Origin: Stegostoma tigrinum
Lineage: Eukaryota
DNA: 64,000 nucleotides
Reading direction: 5' to 3'
NCBI RefSeq assembly: GCF_030684315.1
Contig: NC_081391.1
Coordinates: 20,234,629 to 20,298,628 of the forward strand
Shown here: positions 1 through 15,897 of the stretch, in pieces
How the letters are laid out: each line of letters starts with the position of its first letter
Position numbering within the stretch: the stretch's first letter is position 1
The notes under the pieces: model-generated
Told to the model about the DNA's origin: nothing
Seen by the model: only the letters and a program-made list of their open reading frames with translations
Databases searched by the model: none
Position numbers and translations under genes: made by a program

Positions 1-398
1 AGAACAGGTTGAGGCAGTAGAGTTCAGAACTAGAGATCATAATTTATCAAGGTGAAGGTCATTTTTTTGATGACCTTTGGTGAGAAGCTTGGATTTTGAT
101 CCTGCATTGTCTTCTCCAACTGTGACTGCCATTTGAGTGTAGGGGAAAGGTGGCACAACCCCTCAGAAGGGAGGGAATTGGCATGGGAGCTAGTGTTGCA
201 ACTTGCACTAAACACCTCAGTAGCCATTACTTCCCAGATCTCATGAGAAGGAACACAACCCCAACCCCCATGCTAGAAACAGGAATTTTATCCTCAACCC
301 AAGTGAGGTCAGAGACCCTGTCACCAAAAGCCCTTCGTCACTGAATGCCAGTTGAGACAAAAATCCATTGACTTCAGTAACATAATCATCATGGATGA

Positions 399-599
399 TG
401 AAGTGCAAAGCTTGATGAACACAGCAGGCCAAGCAGAATCTCAGGAGCACAAAAGCTGATGTTTCAGGCCTAGACCCTTCATCAGGGCCCAAGATGTCAG
501 CTGTGGAGCACCTAAGATGCTGCTTGGCCTGCTGTGTTCGTCCAGCTTCACACTTCATCACCTTGGATTCTCCAGCATCTGCAGTTCCCATTATCTCTG
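399..599. mobile_element. Penelope-like terminal (pLTR) fragment arranged as an inverted repeat, in intron 1 of ferritin A
   Basis: Arm gatgaacacagcaggccaagcag...gctgatgtttcaggcc is followed by its reverse complement (gggcccaagatgtcagc...ctgcttggcctgctgtgttc), ending cagttcccattatctctg. This matches the termini of the Penelope elements at 18431 and 37454. It is flanked by an 11-bp direct repeat atcatggatga (388-398, 603-613). Confidence 0.8.
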
Positions 600-1080
600 A
601 CTATCATGGATGAACCTAGCATGAAGGCCAACACAACAGGAATATGCTCATTTAGATACAGGTAGAAAAGGGCTCAGTTGGTTTCACTAATGAAACACCC
701 AATTAGCTTTAAAATCAATTCTAAGAAAGTTTGTTCAGGTTTATGCATTATGAAAGTCATCCACAGGAAAACATAAGGAATCTTGGATTTAGTTCCAACA
801 TAAACCACTTCAGAATAAAACCAATGTTACAGAATATAAAGCAAATCAGTTAACAAGGCAACCAAGAATGCTTAAATCACTCAAGTGGATGAGTTTGAAA
901 GAAAGAGGCAAAACATTCAAAAGCTAATTTGTTGACTTAACATATAGTTTTAAAAAGTTAACTGAAACACATGGGGCATCAACATGACTGACATATTGCC
1001 CAGCCCAGACAACCTCAGTGGGGCAGAGTGGAATGAGAGGCAGGAAAAAAAAAAATGACCTTCAAAATCACTAGGCTCAC

Positions 1081-1182
1081 CATGGAGAGATAAACATAGG
1101 AGGAATAGAGCTCCAGGTTGATCTGCTTGTTAACAGCATCCTCACAGTCCTTGTGGTAGTTCTGACACACTTGGGAGGCCAT
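1081..1182 (-). CDS. Ferritin M/heavy-chain-B-like copy A, exon 1 only (rest of gene lies outside the window)
   Basis: ATG at 1182-1180 gives [34 protein letters not shown], followed by a GTGAG donor. It is the duplicate of gene H exon 1 (43381-43482). Confidence 0.9.
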
Positions 1183-1249
1183 CTTCACTATTCCTGCTCA
1201 CTTTCACCTGGGCAACTCCAGAACTAAGCCTCTCAGCCACAAGCTCTTG

Positions 1250-1394
1250 GATTTAACCTCCTGGAACATCCTGCACTCAACCAGGGAATGACATCACCAA
1301 TGATGATTGACAATCCCTGATAGCCAATCAGGCATCTCCATGAGTGCAGGAGCCAATGAAGGGCATGGGGTGGAATGAGATCCCCAGAGCCAAT
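1250..1394 (-). promoter_or_regulatory. Proximal promoter of ferritin A (TATA-like, TGACATCA, four inverted CCAAT boxes)
   Basis: Degenerate TATA (TTAAATC) at 1250-1256; agggaatgacatcaccaatga block; CCAAT on the + strand at 1297, 1324, 1353 and 1390. The same block recurs upstream of the paralogs. Confidence 0.65.
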
Positions 1395-2321
1395 CAGAGC
1401 TTTGGAACTGAGGCATATTTGGAACATTCAGTGATTGTCGCTGACGAACAGGAGGTGGATGTTCTGCCCTGTCCTGCCACCCAATTGTGTCAAGCCTGGT
1501 CTGTTGCTTCCTTACGCTCTTCCTACATTGGTCCTGTGTTCCTGTCACACCATGAACGAACAAACATCCAACTGTCTCACATCTGAGCAGTTTATTTGTT
1601 CCCAATATTTCTGGGAAAAAGATTGCAGAGTTCTGAATCCTTTTCCTGAGGAAATGATTCCTGGCACCTGCCCTGGATGGCCACAGCATAATGATGGCAT
1701 TGTACTCCTTGGTCACGCTAAAATAATTTCTCTCCCTCTGGCTCCTCAAACCCGATTGTTATTTTCCAAACTTCAATTGTAGTCAGCCCTAAATCTTCAT
1801 TACCCAAGTGAATGCAAGTACACTCTTTGCAAATTGTCCTCACAATTTAAGCCTGTTAGTCCTGGGATCGTTCTGGTGAATGCACACTGTAGCGCGACGA
1901 TGGTGTTGTTGCTGTGCTAGTCACAGAGAGGCTCGGATTAACACCACGAGGGCAATAAGTGCTGACCTTAGTCAGCAATGCCCTCGTCCCATGAATGAAC
2001 TGAAGAAAACTATCATTGATTGCCTTGGAAATCAATCTGGTTCACTGATATCTTTCAGGGAAGGAAATGGACTCCACGGCCTGTATATGACTACAGACCC
2101 ACAGCAATATCACTGACTCCTAACTTGCGTCTGAGATGGTCAGAAACCTTTTAATTCAAGGGCAGTGAGAGAGGAGCGACGGGGCTTGGTCTTGCCAGTG
2201 ACATTCTCCTCCATGAAATCATTTCAAAAACACTTGCTCCAAGGCCGATATATCAGAACGGAATACTGTTCTCCAGGTGGGGTTCACCCTACACTTTCCA
2301 CCAGTGTAGCACAACCTTTCT

Positions 2322-2627
2322 GGTGGCTCGGTGATTAGTACTACTGCCCCGGAGCGCCGCAGACCTGGGTTCAATCCCATCTTCGAGTGGCCGTTTGTGC
2401 ATTCTCCCTGGGGCTGTGTGGGTCCCCTTCAGAAGCTCTGGGTTCTTCCCACAGTCTAAAGACGTGCACAACAGGTGGACTGGCCGTGCTATGTTGCCTT
2501 TAGCAAGCAGGCTAGGTGGGTTAGCCATGGGGAAATGTGGGGTTAGAAGGATGGGGTGGGCCTGGGTGCAATGCTCGTCAGAGGATCAGTGTGGGCTGAA
2601 TGGCCTAGTTCCACACTGTAGGGATTC
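2322..2627 (+). mobile_element. tRNA-derived V-SINE (HE1-like)
   Basis: A-box-like gtggctcggtgattag and B-box gggttcaatccc; V-domain-like ttcttcccacagtctaaagacgtgca...ggtggactggccgtgcta; CR1-like 3' tail gggctgaatggcct...acactgtagggattc. Confidence 0.75.
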
Positions 2628-3185
2628 ACTGATTTATATTCCAGCTCCACTGCCTTGCAATGAACATTAAAATGCAATTAGCATTTTAAAAACATCTCAT
2701 TTACTCTCTACAAGTTGTTAATAATTTCTGCACGCAGATCCCCAAACACACTCTGCGCCTATTTAGCTCCTCGCACTACACTATTTCAGAACACACTGAT
2801 GTGTGTGTCTTGGTCTGAAGTACTCTTCCTCAGATTAAATTCTACTGGTCAATATTGTCTATTTGCTTTATTAGTGCCATCTGGTTCTGCGTGGCAGAGG
2901 CAGGTTTATTATTGGCAGTGTTCAAGAGGCACTGGGTAATTAAACAGGAACAACTTGCCAGTTTATAGGGAAAGGCAGAAGATTCACAGAAAGGGTAAAG
3001 TGCTCAGAGACCGAGTGCAAATGAGACAGTCTGATGGGCCGTCTTCTACAGTATGATAATGCTGTTGCGCTTCCATCAGGATGAGCTGGCTCACCTCCTC
3101 GGGAAACATGAAGACAACCAATGTGAATGAATTAACTACCACTAGATCAAGGGCAGACTTTGAGACAAACCAAGACATCAGTTGT

Positions 3186-4520
3186 TGGTAAAGTGTTGGA
3201 AAATGTTCCAAGAGATAGGATTTATAATCATCTAGAAAAGAATAATTTGATCAGGGATAGTCAGCACGGTTTTGTGAAGGGTAGGTCGTGCCTCACAATC
3301 CTTATTGCGTTCTTTGAGAAGATGACCAAACACATAGATGAGAGTAAACCGGTTGATGTGGTGTATATGGTTTTCAGCAATGCTTTCGATAAGGTTCCCC
3401 ACATTAGGCTATTTACAAAATGCGGAGGAAAGGAATTGTGGGAGATATAGCAGTTTGGATCAGAAATTGGCTTGCTGAAAGAAGACAGGGTGGTGGTTGA
3501 TGGGAAATGTTCATCCTGGAGACCAGTTACTAGTGGTGTACCACAAGGGTCGGTGTTGGGTCCACTGCTGTTTGTCATTTTTATAAACGGCCTGGATGAG
3601 GGCGTAGATGGATGGGTTAGTAAATTTGCAGACGACACTAAGGTCGTTGGAGTTGTGGATAGTGACAAAGGATGTTGTAGGTTATAGAGACATAGATAGG
3701 TAAGCTGCAGAGCTGGGCTGAGAGGTGGCAAATGGAGTTTAATGCGGACAAGCGTGAGGTGATGCACTTTGGTAGAAGCAACCGGAATGCAAAGTACTGG
3801 GCTAATGGTAACATTCTTGGTAGTGTAGATGAGCAGAGAGATCTCGGTGTCCATGTACACAGATCCTTGAAAGTTGCCACCCAGGTTGACAGCGTTGTTA
3901 AGAAGGCATACAGTGTTTTAGCTTTTATTAATAGAGGGATCGAGTTCCGGAACCAAGAGGTTATGCTGCAGCTGTACAAAACTCTGGTGCGGCCGCACTT
4001 TGAGTATTGCATACAGTTCTGGTCACTGCATTATAAGAAAGATGTGGAAGCTTTGGAAAGGGTGCAGAGGAGATTTACTAGGATGTTGCCTGGTATGGAA
4101 GGAAGGTCTTACGAGGAAAGGCTGAGGGGCTTGAGGCTGTTTTCGTTAGAGAGAAGCAGGTTGAGAGGTGACTTAACTGAGACATAAGATAATCAGAGGG
4201 TTAGATAGGGTGGATAGCGAGAGCCTTTTTCCTAGGATGGTGACAGCGAGCATGAGGGGGCATAGCTTTAAATTGAGGGGTGAAAGATATAGGACAGATG
4301 TCAGAGGTAGTTTCTTTACTCAGAGAGTAGTAAGGGTATGGAACGCTTTGCCTGCAACGGAAGTAGATTCGCCAACTTTAAGTACATTTAAGTCGTTGTT
4401 TGACAAGCATATGGACGTACATGGAATAGTGTAGGTTAGATGGGCTTCAGATTGGTATGACATGTCGGCACAACAGAGGGCCAAAGGGCCTGTACTGTGC
4501 CATAATTTTCTATGTTCTAT
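3186..4520 (+). mobile_element. 5'-truncated CR1 LINE (ORF2 reverse transcriptase C-terminal part, disrupted)
   Basis: ORF pieces [47 protein letters not shown] and FFTQRVVRVWNALP lie in different frames. The 3' tail is ttttctatgttctat. Confidence 0.95.
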
Positions 4521-5225
4521 AAACATCTATCCCACGAGCTCCAGATTTAACCAGGAGCTGAAAAAAAAAACCAAACCCCATCCTCTCCAAGTCTGCTATT
4601 AGAAGGTCAGAGTAGAAGCTGATATCTTTTTATATCGGCTCACTAAAGCCTTAATTTAGGGAGGGTGGGGGTCTTAGCCTTTCTAAAAGAGAAATGACTT
4701 GCTGCCTGCCAGATGTAGTGTAAGGGAAGTCAGGTACTGAGCAAAAAAACCCGAAATAGATGCTTCAAATGTGGGAAGCCTCTGAACATCTAAGGGATGA
4801 GTCAAGCTTTCCTCAAAAAGTAAATAGACACCACAAGAGTGCTTTTGACCTCTGGCTTTGAGAGATGATTTCAATATTTTATCAGTACTGCTGCAACATT
4901 TTGCTGAAGATAAACTTGGTTGCTCGTACTGCTGCAAACAAGGGGCAATTGCCCCATATATAGCCAAATGCTTGTCCACTCACTGACTCCAAGTATCTTT
5001 GGACAGTCATCCCTGTTGACATTATCCAGCTGGTCCAAGGAATTGGACCAAAGTCAGCAAACCATATCCAAGTTGTTGGGAATGGACAAAATCCTTGGAA
5101 GATATTGGATAGGCTTTGGGCTGCAGAATTACAGAAAGCTAGACAGCTTTGGTTCAATGATTTTTATTTCATATTCCAGTACAAGCAAAAGAGAATGCAA
5201 GGACCAAGTGATTGTAAAATCCCAC

Positions 5226-7397
<2,172 letters not shown>

Positions 7398-7462
7398 CTT
7401 CACACCTAATTACAAAAAGCAAACCCAAACAACAGCCTAACCCCACCTCCCATGAGCTCTAG

Positions 7463-7611
7463 TATATATGTAAATGGGAATCTGCATTCCAACAGGAAGT
7501 TATCACCAATAGTGCTTGGCTATTAGGGATTTCCAATCAGCAGGCTCCCATGAATACAGGCATTAATTAGGGAGAGGTGCTGGGGGGAGCTATGTACAAA
7601 GCAGAGCCAAT
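7463..7611 (-). promoter_or_regulatory. Proximal promoter of ferritin B
   Basis: TATATA at 7463-7468, 65 nt upstream of the ATG; CCAAT on the + strand at 7506, 7533 and 7607. Confidence 0.55.
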
Positions 7612-9970
7612 CGGAGCAGTGGGAAACCAGCAGGTTTCAACAGTTTGGGCCATGGGAACAGGAGGAGACCATTCAGCCCCTCAAACCTATTTCAGTATTT
7701 AATTAGATCTTGGCTGGTCTGCTTCTCAGTTCCATATAAACTACCTTCTTCCATAAAGCGGAATCATAGAATCCCATCACAAATTCACCAAAGATCCTCA
7801 GCTGGCACCTTCCAAGCAGATGACCATTTCCATCTAGACAGACAAGGGCAGCAGACACGTGAGACCACCACCAACTTCAAGCTCCCCTCCGAGCCACTCA
7901 CCATCCCGACTTGGAAATATGTTGGCGTGCCTTCAGTGTCTCTGGGTGGAAATCCTGGAATTCCCTCTGTACGGCCATCGGGGTCGACATGGACTGCAGC
8001 GGTTCATGAAGGCAGCTGAACCCCACCTTCTCAAGGGGAATCTAGCAATGTACAACAAATGCTGGCCCAACCCATGACTGCCCTTGTCCCGCAAGTGAAT
8101 ACTCAAAAAAATTACAGTGCCGGAGGAGGCACTGAGTGTAGATAGGTCAGCACAGACCTGATGTCTATGGCCCGAATGTCGATCTCTTTGTAATCCAGAC
8201 AGTTCTGTGCCTGTCCACCAGCTCTTGCAATTTCTGCAGATGGATCCCATAACCTTATGGTCATCACCAATTCTGTTCCCCGAATTTCACCGTTTAGCTA
8301 ATTTCTCTTTCTTGTTCCGAAGTGCATGGCCTCACTCTTCCTCACATTGAGGCCTGCCTGCTGCTGTTTGCTCATTCATTTCAACAATGGCTTGTTGCAA
8401 ACTTTCTGGTCCCATCCACACCATCCACTTTGTCGCTTAACTTTGTTTTGTCAGGAAATTTGGACATATATCTCTCGAGTCCTTCATCTACGTCAATCTG
8501 TCAATGTGAAACTGAAGCCCATGTGGAGATCCCTGGGAGTGAGAGTCAAATTTTGTCAATCAAAGTTGGCAGCCATTCTGTCAGCCACCTTCCCCCTTCC
8601 CAATTCCCAACCCATGTCCAACAGTAACTTCCTATTGTACGCGCATGCATTTTTCCTAATTATGTCATGGATACTCGTCATTGTTGGAATTGATTTTAGT
8701 TGCTTTGACTGTTCTCAAACTGATAGCATCAGTCCTCCAGGTCAGAGCTCCCCAGTTCACCTTAGGGTTTGACGAGTTTGTAAATGAATATTTCTCCCTG
8801 TACATGATGTCGAATTAAATGACATCTGAAGGTTTGAAGCATCTCTCATCTGATCCAGAAGAGGTCAGGGACACTGACACTGATCACAGCAGTTGAGGAT
8901 ATTACCCTGCACGAGATAGCCTGCAGCAAATCTGCAAATCAACCAGTCCCACTGGGAAAACAATGTCTCACTTCTGCACCCCTGCCCTCCTCAGGACTGA
9001 CTCTGAGCACTGCAGTATATGGAAAATCACTGTTCAGTTAGTTTGCGACATCCAGGGTAAGCACCAGGATTCCTTACTCATTTAATTGCATGCTTGTGAC
9101 AAAAAAAAATGGGAGCCAGCGTCCACGTGGCGGACTCCCAGTGCAATGGCCACCTACCTCTGTACAACAGAGACTCTATCACTGGTGTGTCTCGCAAGCC
9201 AGCCGGCAAGCAGGCTGTTGTTTGGATAATGAGTGCTTTCCTGAAGTTTGGCAGAGGGCACAGTTGTTTGTCATAAACTCAGCTGTGTTAGCTGTTAATT
9301 GCCAGTGCCGAGGGCAGAAAGTAAAAGGAAGCATCAGCCCACCCACTATTAAACTTGGGGGAAAAAAAAAAGAGAGTTTTCTAACCACGTGCCAGCAGAA
9401 TGTATTTCACATGTGCACCAACTACTTTGCTGAGATGCTCAAGTCACACGTAGGCCAGATCAGGTAATGGTAGCAGATTTCACTCCTCATGAAAGATTAG
9501 TCAAACAGAAGAATGGTAGATATGCAAAACTGTCAGATAGTAAACTGCCCTGATACACCGGCTGTCTCTTTAGGTCTTTAAGGATTCTGCAAGCTCTCAG
9601 CTCACATTTGGAAGAAAGTTGAGCACTGGCTGCCAAACCTCAGTAAAGTAAGGAACTGCAAAAGCATGTTTAAGAGAAGTGTTGTGTAGTGACAGCATCG
9701 CTAGACCAGGGTGGTCAGATTTGAGCCCCACCTGAGAGGTGATTAACATCCAAAAATGAATTGATTATCAGAGGGTTCAACTGTGTCAAAAGGTGACAGA
9801 AGCACCTGCCATACAACCTAGATATGATGGATCTGAACAAAAATCAGTTATTCAATTTCACTAAAAGTGTTTCTTCATTATGGAGATTTTATTTTCCAAT
9901 TCAACAAGGGTAGATAAAGTTTCTAAAAGACTAATCCATTTACAGCACTGATGGGATTCTAAAATCCCAC

Positions 9971-12286
<2,316 letters not shown>

Positions 12287-12353
12287 TGTCACTATTCCTG
12301 CTCACTATCACCGAGACAGCTCTCATATCAAGTCTTTGTACCACAAGCTCCAG

Positions 12354-12480
12354 TATTTATACTCCTGGGACATCCTATGTTCAACGAGGGAATGACATCA
12401 CCAATGATGACTGACATTCCCTGAAAGCCAATTAGGAATCTCCCATGAATTTAGCCCCGCCTCTGCCCTCCCACCAATTA
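12354..12480 (-). promoter_or_regulatory. Proximal promoter of ferritin C
   Basis: TATAAATA at 12361-12354; TGACATCA next to CCAAT (12401); further CCAAT at 12428 and ~12475; GC box ccccgcc at ~12455. Confidence 0.7.
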
Positions 12481-12769
12481 GAGAGAGGGTGTGGGTGTAT
12501 TCGGCAGAGCTGATCAGAGGTGCAGATTGTTGTCAAGTCTGGATGGTTATTCTGTGATTGGATCAGCAGTCGGTCATTTAGAATCTCCAATCTGCTGGAA
12601 CTCTCTATCGGGCCATGGTTAGTTTGAAAAATAAAACTAGATTTGGATTTGGAAAGCTTTTCTTTTTAAACTAAGCTTGTTGTGACCAACTGCAAGAGGT
12701 GCTCAATGAAGGAGAATCAGTTTCTGATCATGTTCTGCTGGGATATTGGAGAGAAAGGTCGGAGATTGG

Positions 12770-13560
12770 TGGTAGTTCCTAGAAATTTGTAACAGAAACA
12801 AACAGGACAAAGACAGGAAAGATGTTTCTGATGACCAATGCGCCCAGAACCAAGGGTCACTGTCTAAGGATATAGAGTAGACTGTTTGGGATTGAGATGA
12901 GGAGAAATGTCTTCAGCCATACAGTGGGGAGTCTGTTGTATTGTCTGGGACAGGAAACAGTTGAGGCCAAAAGACTGAAGGTTTTGAAGAGTTAGATGTA
13001 GCTGATCGGGCTATGGGGATCAAAGGGTATGGAGAGAGAGTGTGAAGATGGTACGGAGTTAAGGGATTACCCATCATCATATGGAATGTCAGAGCAGGCT
13101 GGAAGGGCTGTATCAAAATGGTTCATAATTTTGAACATTTCAATCAGGTCATCTTTTAATCGTCTCTGCTCCAAGGAGATAAGGCCAATTTTTAAAATCT
13201 TTCCTGGTATCATTCCAGCAAATCTCCTTTGCACCATGTCCAGGGCTTTAATGCCCTCCCTTTGAAACAGTGCCCAGAATTGAACACAATACTCTAATGC
13301 GGTCTGACCAATGGTGTGTAGTGGTGTAGCGTTACTACCTTGGTTTTATACTCCATGGCTCTCCTTAAAAACACAAGATTCCTATAAGCCTTCTTCATGA
13401 CTGTTTCATCTTGCCTGGCCACCTTCAGGGAATTGTAGTTTTAAATCCTGAGGGCTCCCTGCTCCTGTACTCACCTTGACGTTGTTCCATTGTACCTGTA
13501 TTATCTCTTCATGTCTCCATGTTTCTTCGACCAAAATGCATTTCTTGCATTTTTTTGTGT
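12770..13560. mobile_element. Old CR1 LINE relics (+ strand 3' end, then a - strand ORF2 piece)
   Basis: Degenerate similarity to the CR1 copies at 3186 and 29921 (ccagaaccaagggtcac..., gatgaggagaaatgtcttcagcc, cccagaattgaacacaatactc). Paralogous relics at ~29010-29790 and ~57090-57880. Confidence 0.6.
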
Positions 13561-14619
13561 TGAAATTATAAAGTGATTGCCAACATCAAATCTTACCCAA
13601 TAAAAATCAAGAGATGCTAATTTTGAAGTCTTCAACTGACACCGGACATGTGTGTGTGTCCACTACCCACTATCCTTTCTGTGAAGAGGCTGTTTCTGAC
13701 ATTATCCTGGGCCGTTTAGCACTAATTTGAAGATTCTATATCCGTTCCATACCTTAAGTCCTAGAAGACCCATTGAGAAGAAACAATTCCTCTGAATCTA
13801 CCCTGTCAAGTCCATTAATGGTCTTAAAACTTTCAAGTACTGCCATCTCTTAACCTTCCATACTGAGGGACTCGGGCAAGCTGCCATCATCATTTAACCA
13901 GCTCTTTATCTCTGAGTTGATTCTGGAAATTCTCGGCTGCACCATCTTCAGGCCCAACCTGCCGAAAATGAGATCTCCAGGGATGGTTGAACCAGAACTT
14001 GACAATTTCATAAAAAACTCCACCCAGAGGTGTTCAAATCCCTTAGAGATCAGGACTGACATTGAATTAATTTCTTTGTTCAGTGTTTTTATATCTCGTC
14101 TCTAGTTTCAATACATTTCTGTCCACTTGTCTCAGTTTCATTTTGATCATTAGTTTTGACAACCCAGCAGAAGATGTCCCCATTTCTAAAACACTCTGGC
14201 TCACCTTTCTTGGTCAGGAGTGGATAACTTCGCACTTCCCCTTATTGAACTGTATCAGCCAGTCTTCCCCACTCCATGGAAGTTTGAAACATTCCACTGT
14301 CATGATAAAGTGCCACTTGATGTAATGCCATCAGCAAATATTTGAATTGTGGCTGTCCATTTCTTCATCTCGAACACTTATAATCCAAGGAAAATTTAAG
14401 GCCCCAGTTTCTCTCCTTGGGGAAAGTAATCACATCTTGCTTTTTCTTTTATTACCTCATGGGATGAAGGTGTTGTTGGCTGGCCCAGCATTTATTGTAC
14501 TTCCCTAATTATTATTGTCTTCTTGAATTGCTGTTGTCCATTTGGTGCAGGGAGATCCATAATGCCATTTTGGACAGAATTCCAGGATTCAGATGGTATG
14601 ACTGTAGATTGAGTTTTGC

Positions 14620-14830
14620 CTCATGAGCTTCATTGAGTATTTTGAAGATTTGATGTAGAGCAATGATGAGGGCAGAGTGGTGGGCGTGATCTACATGGAC
14701 TGCAATGAAGCGTTTGACAATGTTGCTCATAGTAAGCTGTTTAGCAAAGTGAGATCACATGGAATCCAGGGAGAATTATCCATTTGGATACAGAAATGGC
14801 TCAAAAGTGGAAGGCACAGGGTGCCGGTAG
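14620..14830 (+). mobile_element. CR1 reverse transcriptase fragment, truncated by a Penelope insertion
   Basis: VGVIYMDCNEAFDNVAHSKLFSKVRSHGIQGELSIWIQKWL resembles the CR1 motif DVVYMDFSKAFDKVPH. Paralogs at 31954 and 58999. Confidence 0.75.
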
Positions 14831-14832
14831 AG

Positions 14833-15560
14833 GCAACAAAGTGTGGAGCCGGAGGAACACAGCAGGCCAGGCAGCATCAGAGGAGCAGAAAAGCTGATGT
14901 TTCGGGTTGAGACCCTTGAGAAATTGGGAGGGGGAGGGGAAGCTCAGAAATAAGGAGGAGGGGTGGGACTGGGGATGGTAGGTGGGATGGTGATGGGTGA
15001 GTGCAGATAGGGAGTGGTCAGTGAGGTGGGAGAGAAGGCCAAGGAGGTGGGGATTGGTCATGGGATGAGGACACTTTGAAGTTAATAAGGTTAATAAGGT
15101 CCACATTTAGTGTCTTGGGCTATAAGCTCCCAAGGCAGAATATGAGGTGCTACTCCTCTAGTTTGAGGATGACATTGGTGTGATACTGGAGGATGCCCAA
15201 GATGGACAGGTCAGCCATGGAGTGGGAGGGGGGGGTGGAAGTTAAAACATTTTGTGATTGGAAAGTGTTGTTGTTTGTTGCTCATTGAGCGCAGATGCTC
15301 CAGAGAAACTGTCTCCCTCATGGTGGCTACATTGGGTGCAGCCGATACAATAGACCAACTTGAAACAGGTGCAGGTGATCTGTGTCTGATGCCGAAGGTT
15401 TGTTAGTTTTTATTTTGAATGGAGACACGGGGTGGATGTGGTGGTGGGGCGAGGGGGTCAGGGAATGGTGTAGCTGTTCCTGCAGTTGCAGGGAACAGGG
15501 CTGGGGTTAATGGGGAGTACAGAGTGGATGAGTGAGTGGCAGGGACACCAGCGTAGAGGT
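14833..15560 (-). mobile_element. Degenerate, internally deleted Penelope-like element
   Basis: Terminus aaagtgtggagccggaggaacacagcaggcc...gctgatgtttcgggttgagaccctt, followed by sequence homologous to the GIY-YIG region of 18431-19775. Confidence 0.7.
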
Positions 15561-15832
15561 ACTGTGGTGTCCACAGTAAGAGGGGCTATGCCTGCTTCTG
15601 TCGGATATGTGGAACAGTCCCTCTTCTGCTGCTCCACTGGCACTATCCCCTACCTTTTCCTTACTCAAAGATTGAAAGTAAATAGCCAGCTACATTGCTG
15701 TGTGGGTGGTGAGTCAGCTGTCGGCCAACTGCTTTCCTTCCCTGAAAGGGTTAGAAAAGTTTAGAACTGCTGAGAGTTGGTCTTTCTGCAAATTAAGTGA
15801 AGTGTCTCTTCTACTCTGACCCGCCCCAACCG

Positions 15833-15897
15833 AAGCCGAGATGCTATGAAGGGAACTCTGCAGATAAAGAAGGTGAACCAGAGTCTCCCGGATCCCC
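15833..15897 (+). pseudogene. Inverted (+ strand) relic of ferritin exon 3
   Basis: gatgctatgaagggaactctgcagataaagaaggtgaaccagagtctcccggatc aligns to sense exon 3 gaggcaatgcagagagctctgcagatggagaaggatgtgaaccagagtctgctggatc. Confidence 0.7.

Noticed and set aside
1189-1203. ttcctgctca just upstream of the ATG resembles the 5' arm of the ferritin IRE (ttcctgcttcaacagtg)
   Set aside because: It is on the non-transcribed (+) strand and is not followed by a CAGTG loop or a complementary arm.
1294-1782. Overlapping 151-aa and 115-aa ORFs identical in both duplicates
   Set aside because: The identity only reflects the very recent duplication. There is no recognisable domain, and the ORFs overlap promoter and repeat-relic sequence.
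7398-7403. ORF-track N-terminal extension MK-MASQ
   Set aside because: It arises from an upstream GTG called as a start. The ATG has a strong Kozak context (aagATGG) and matches the ferritin N-terminus.
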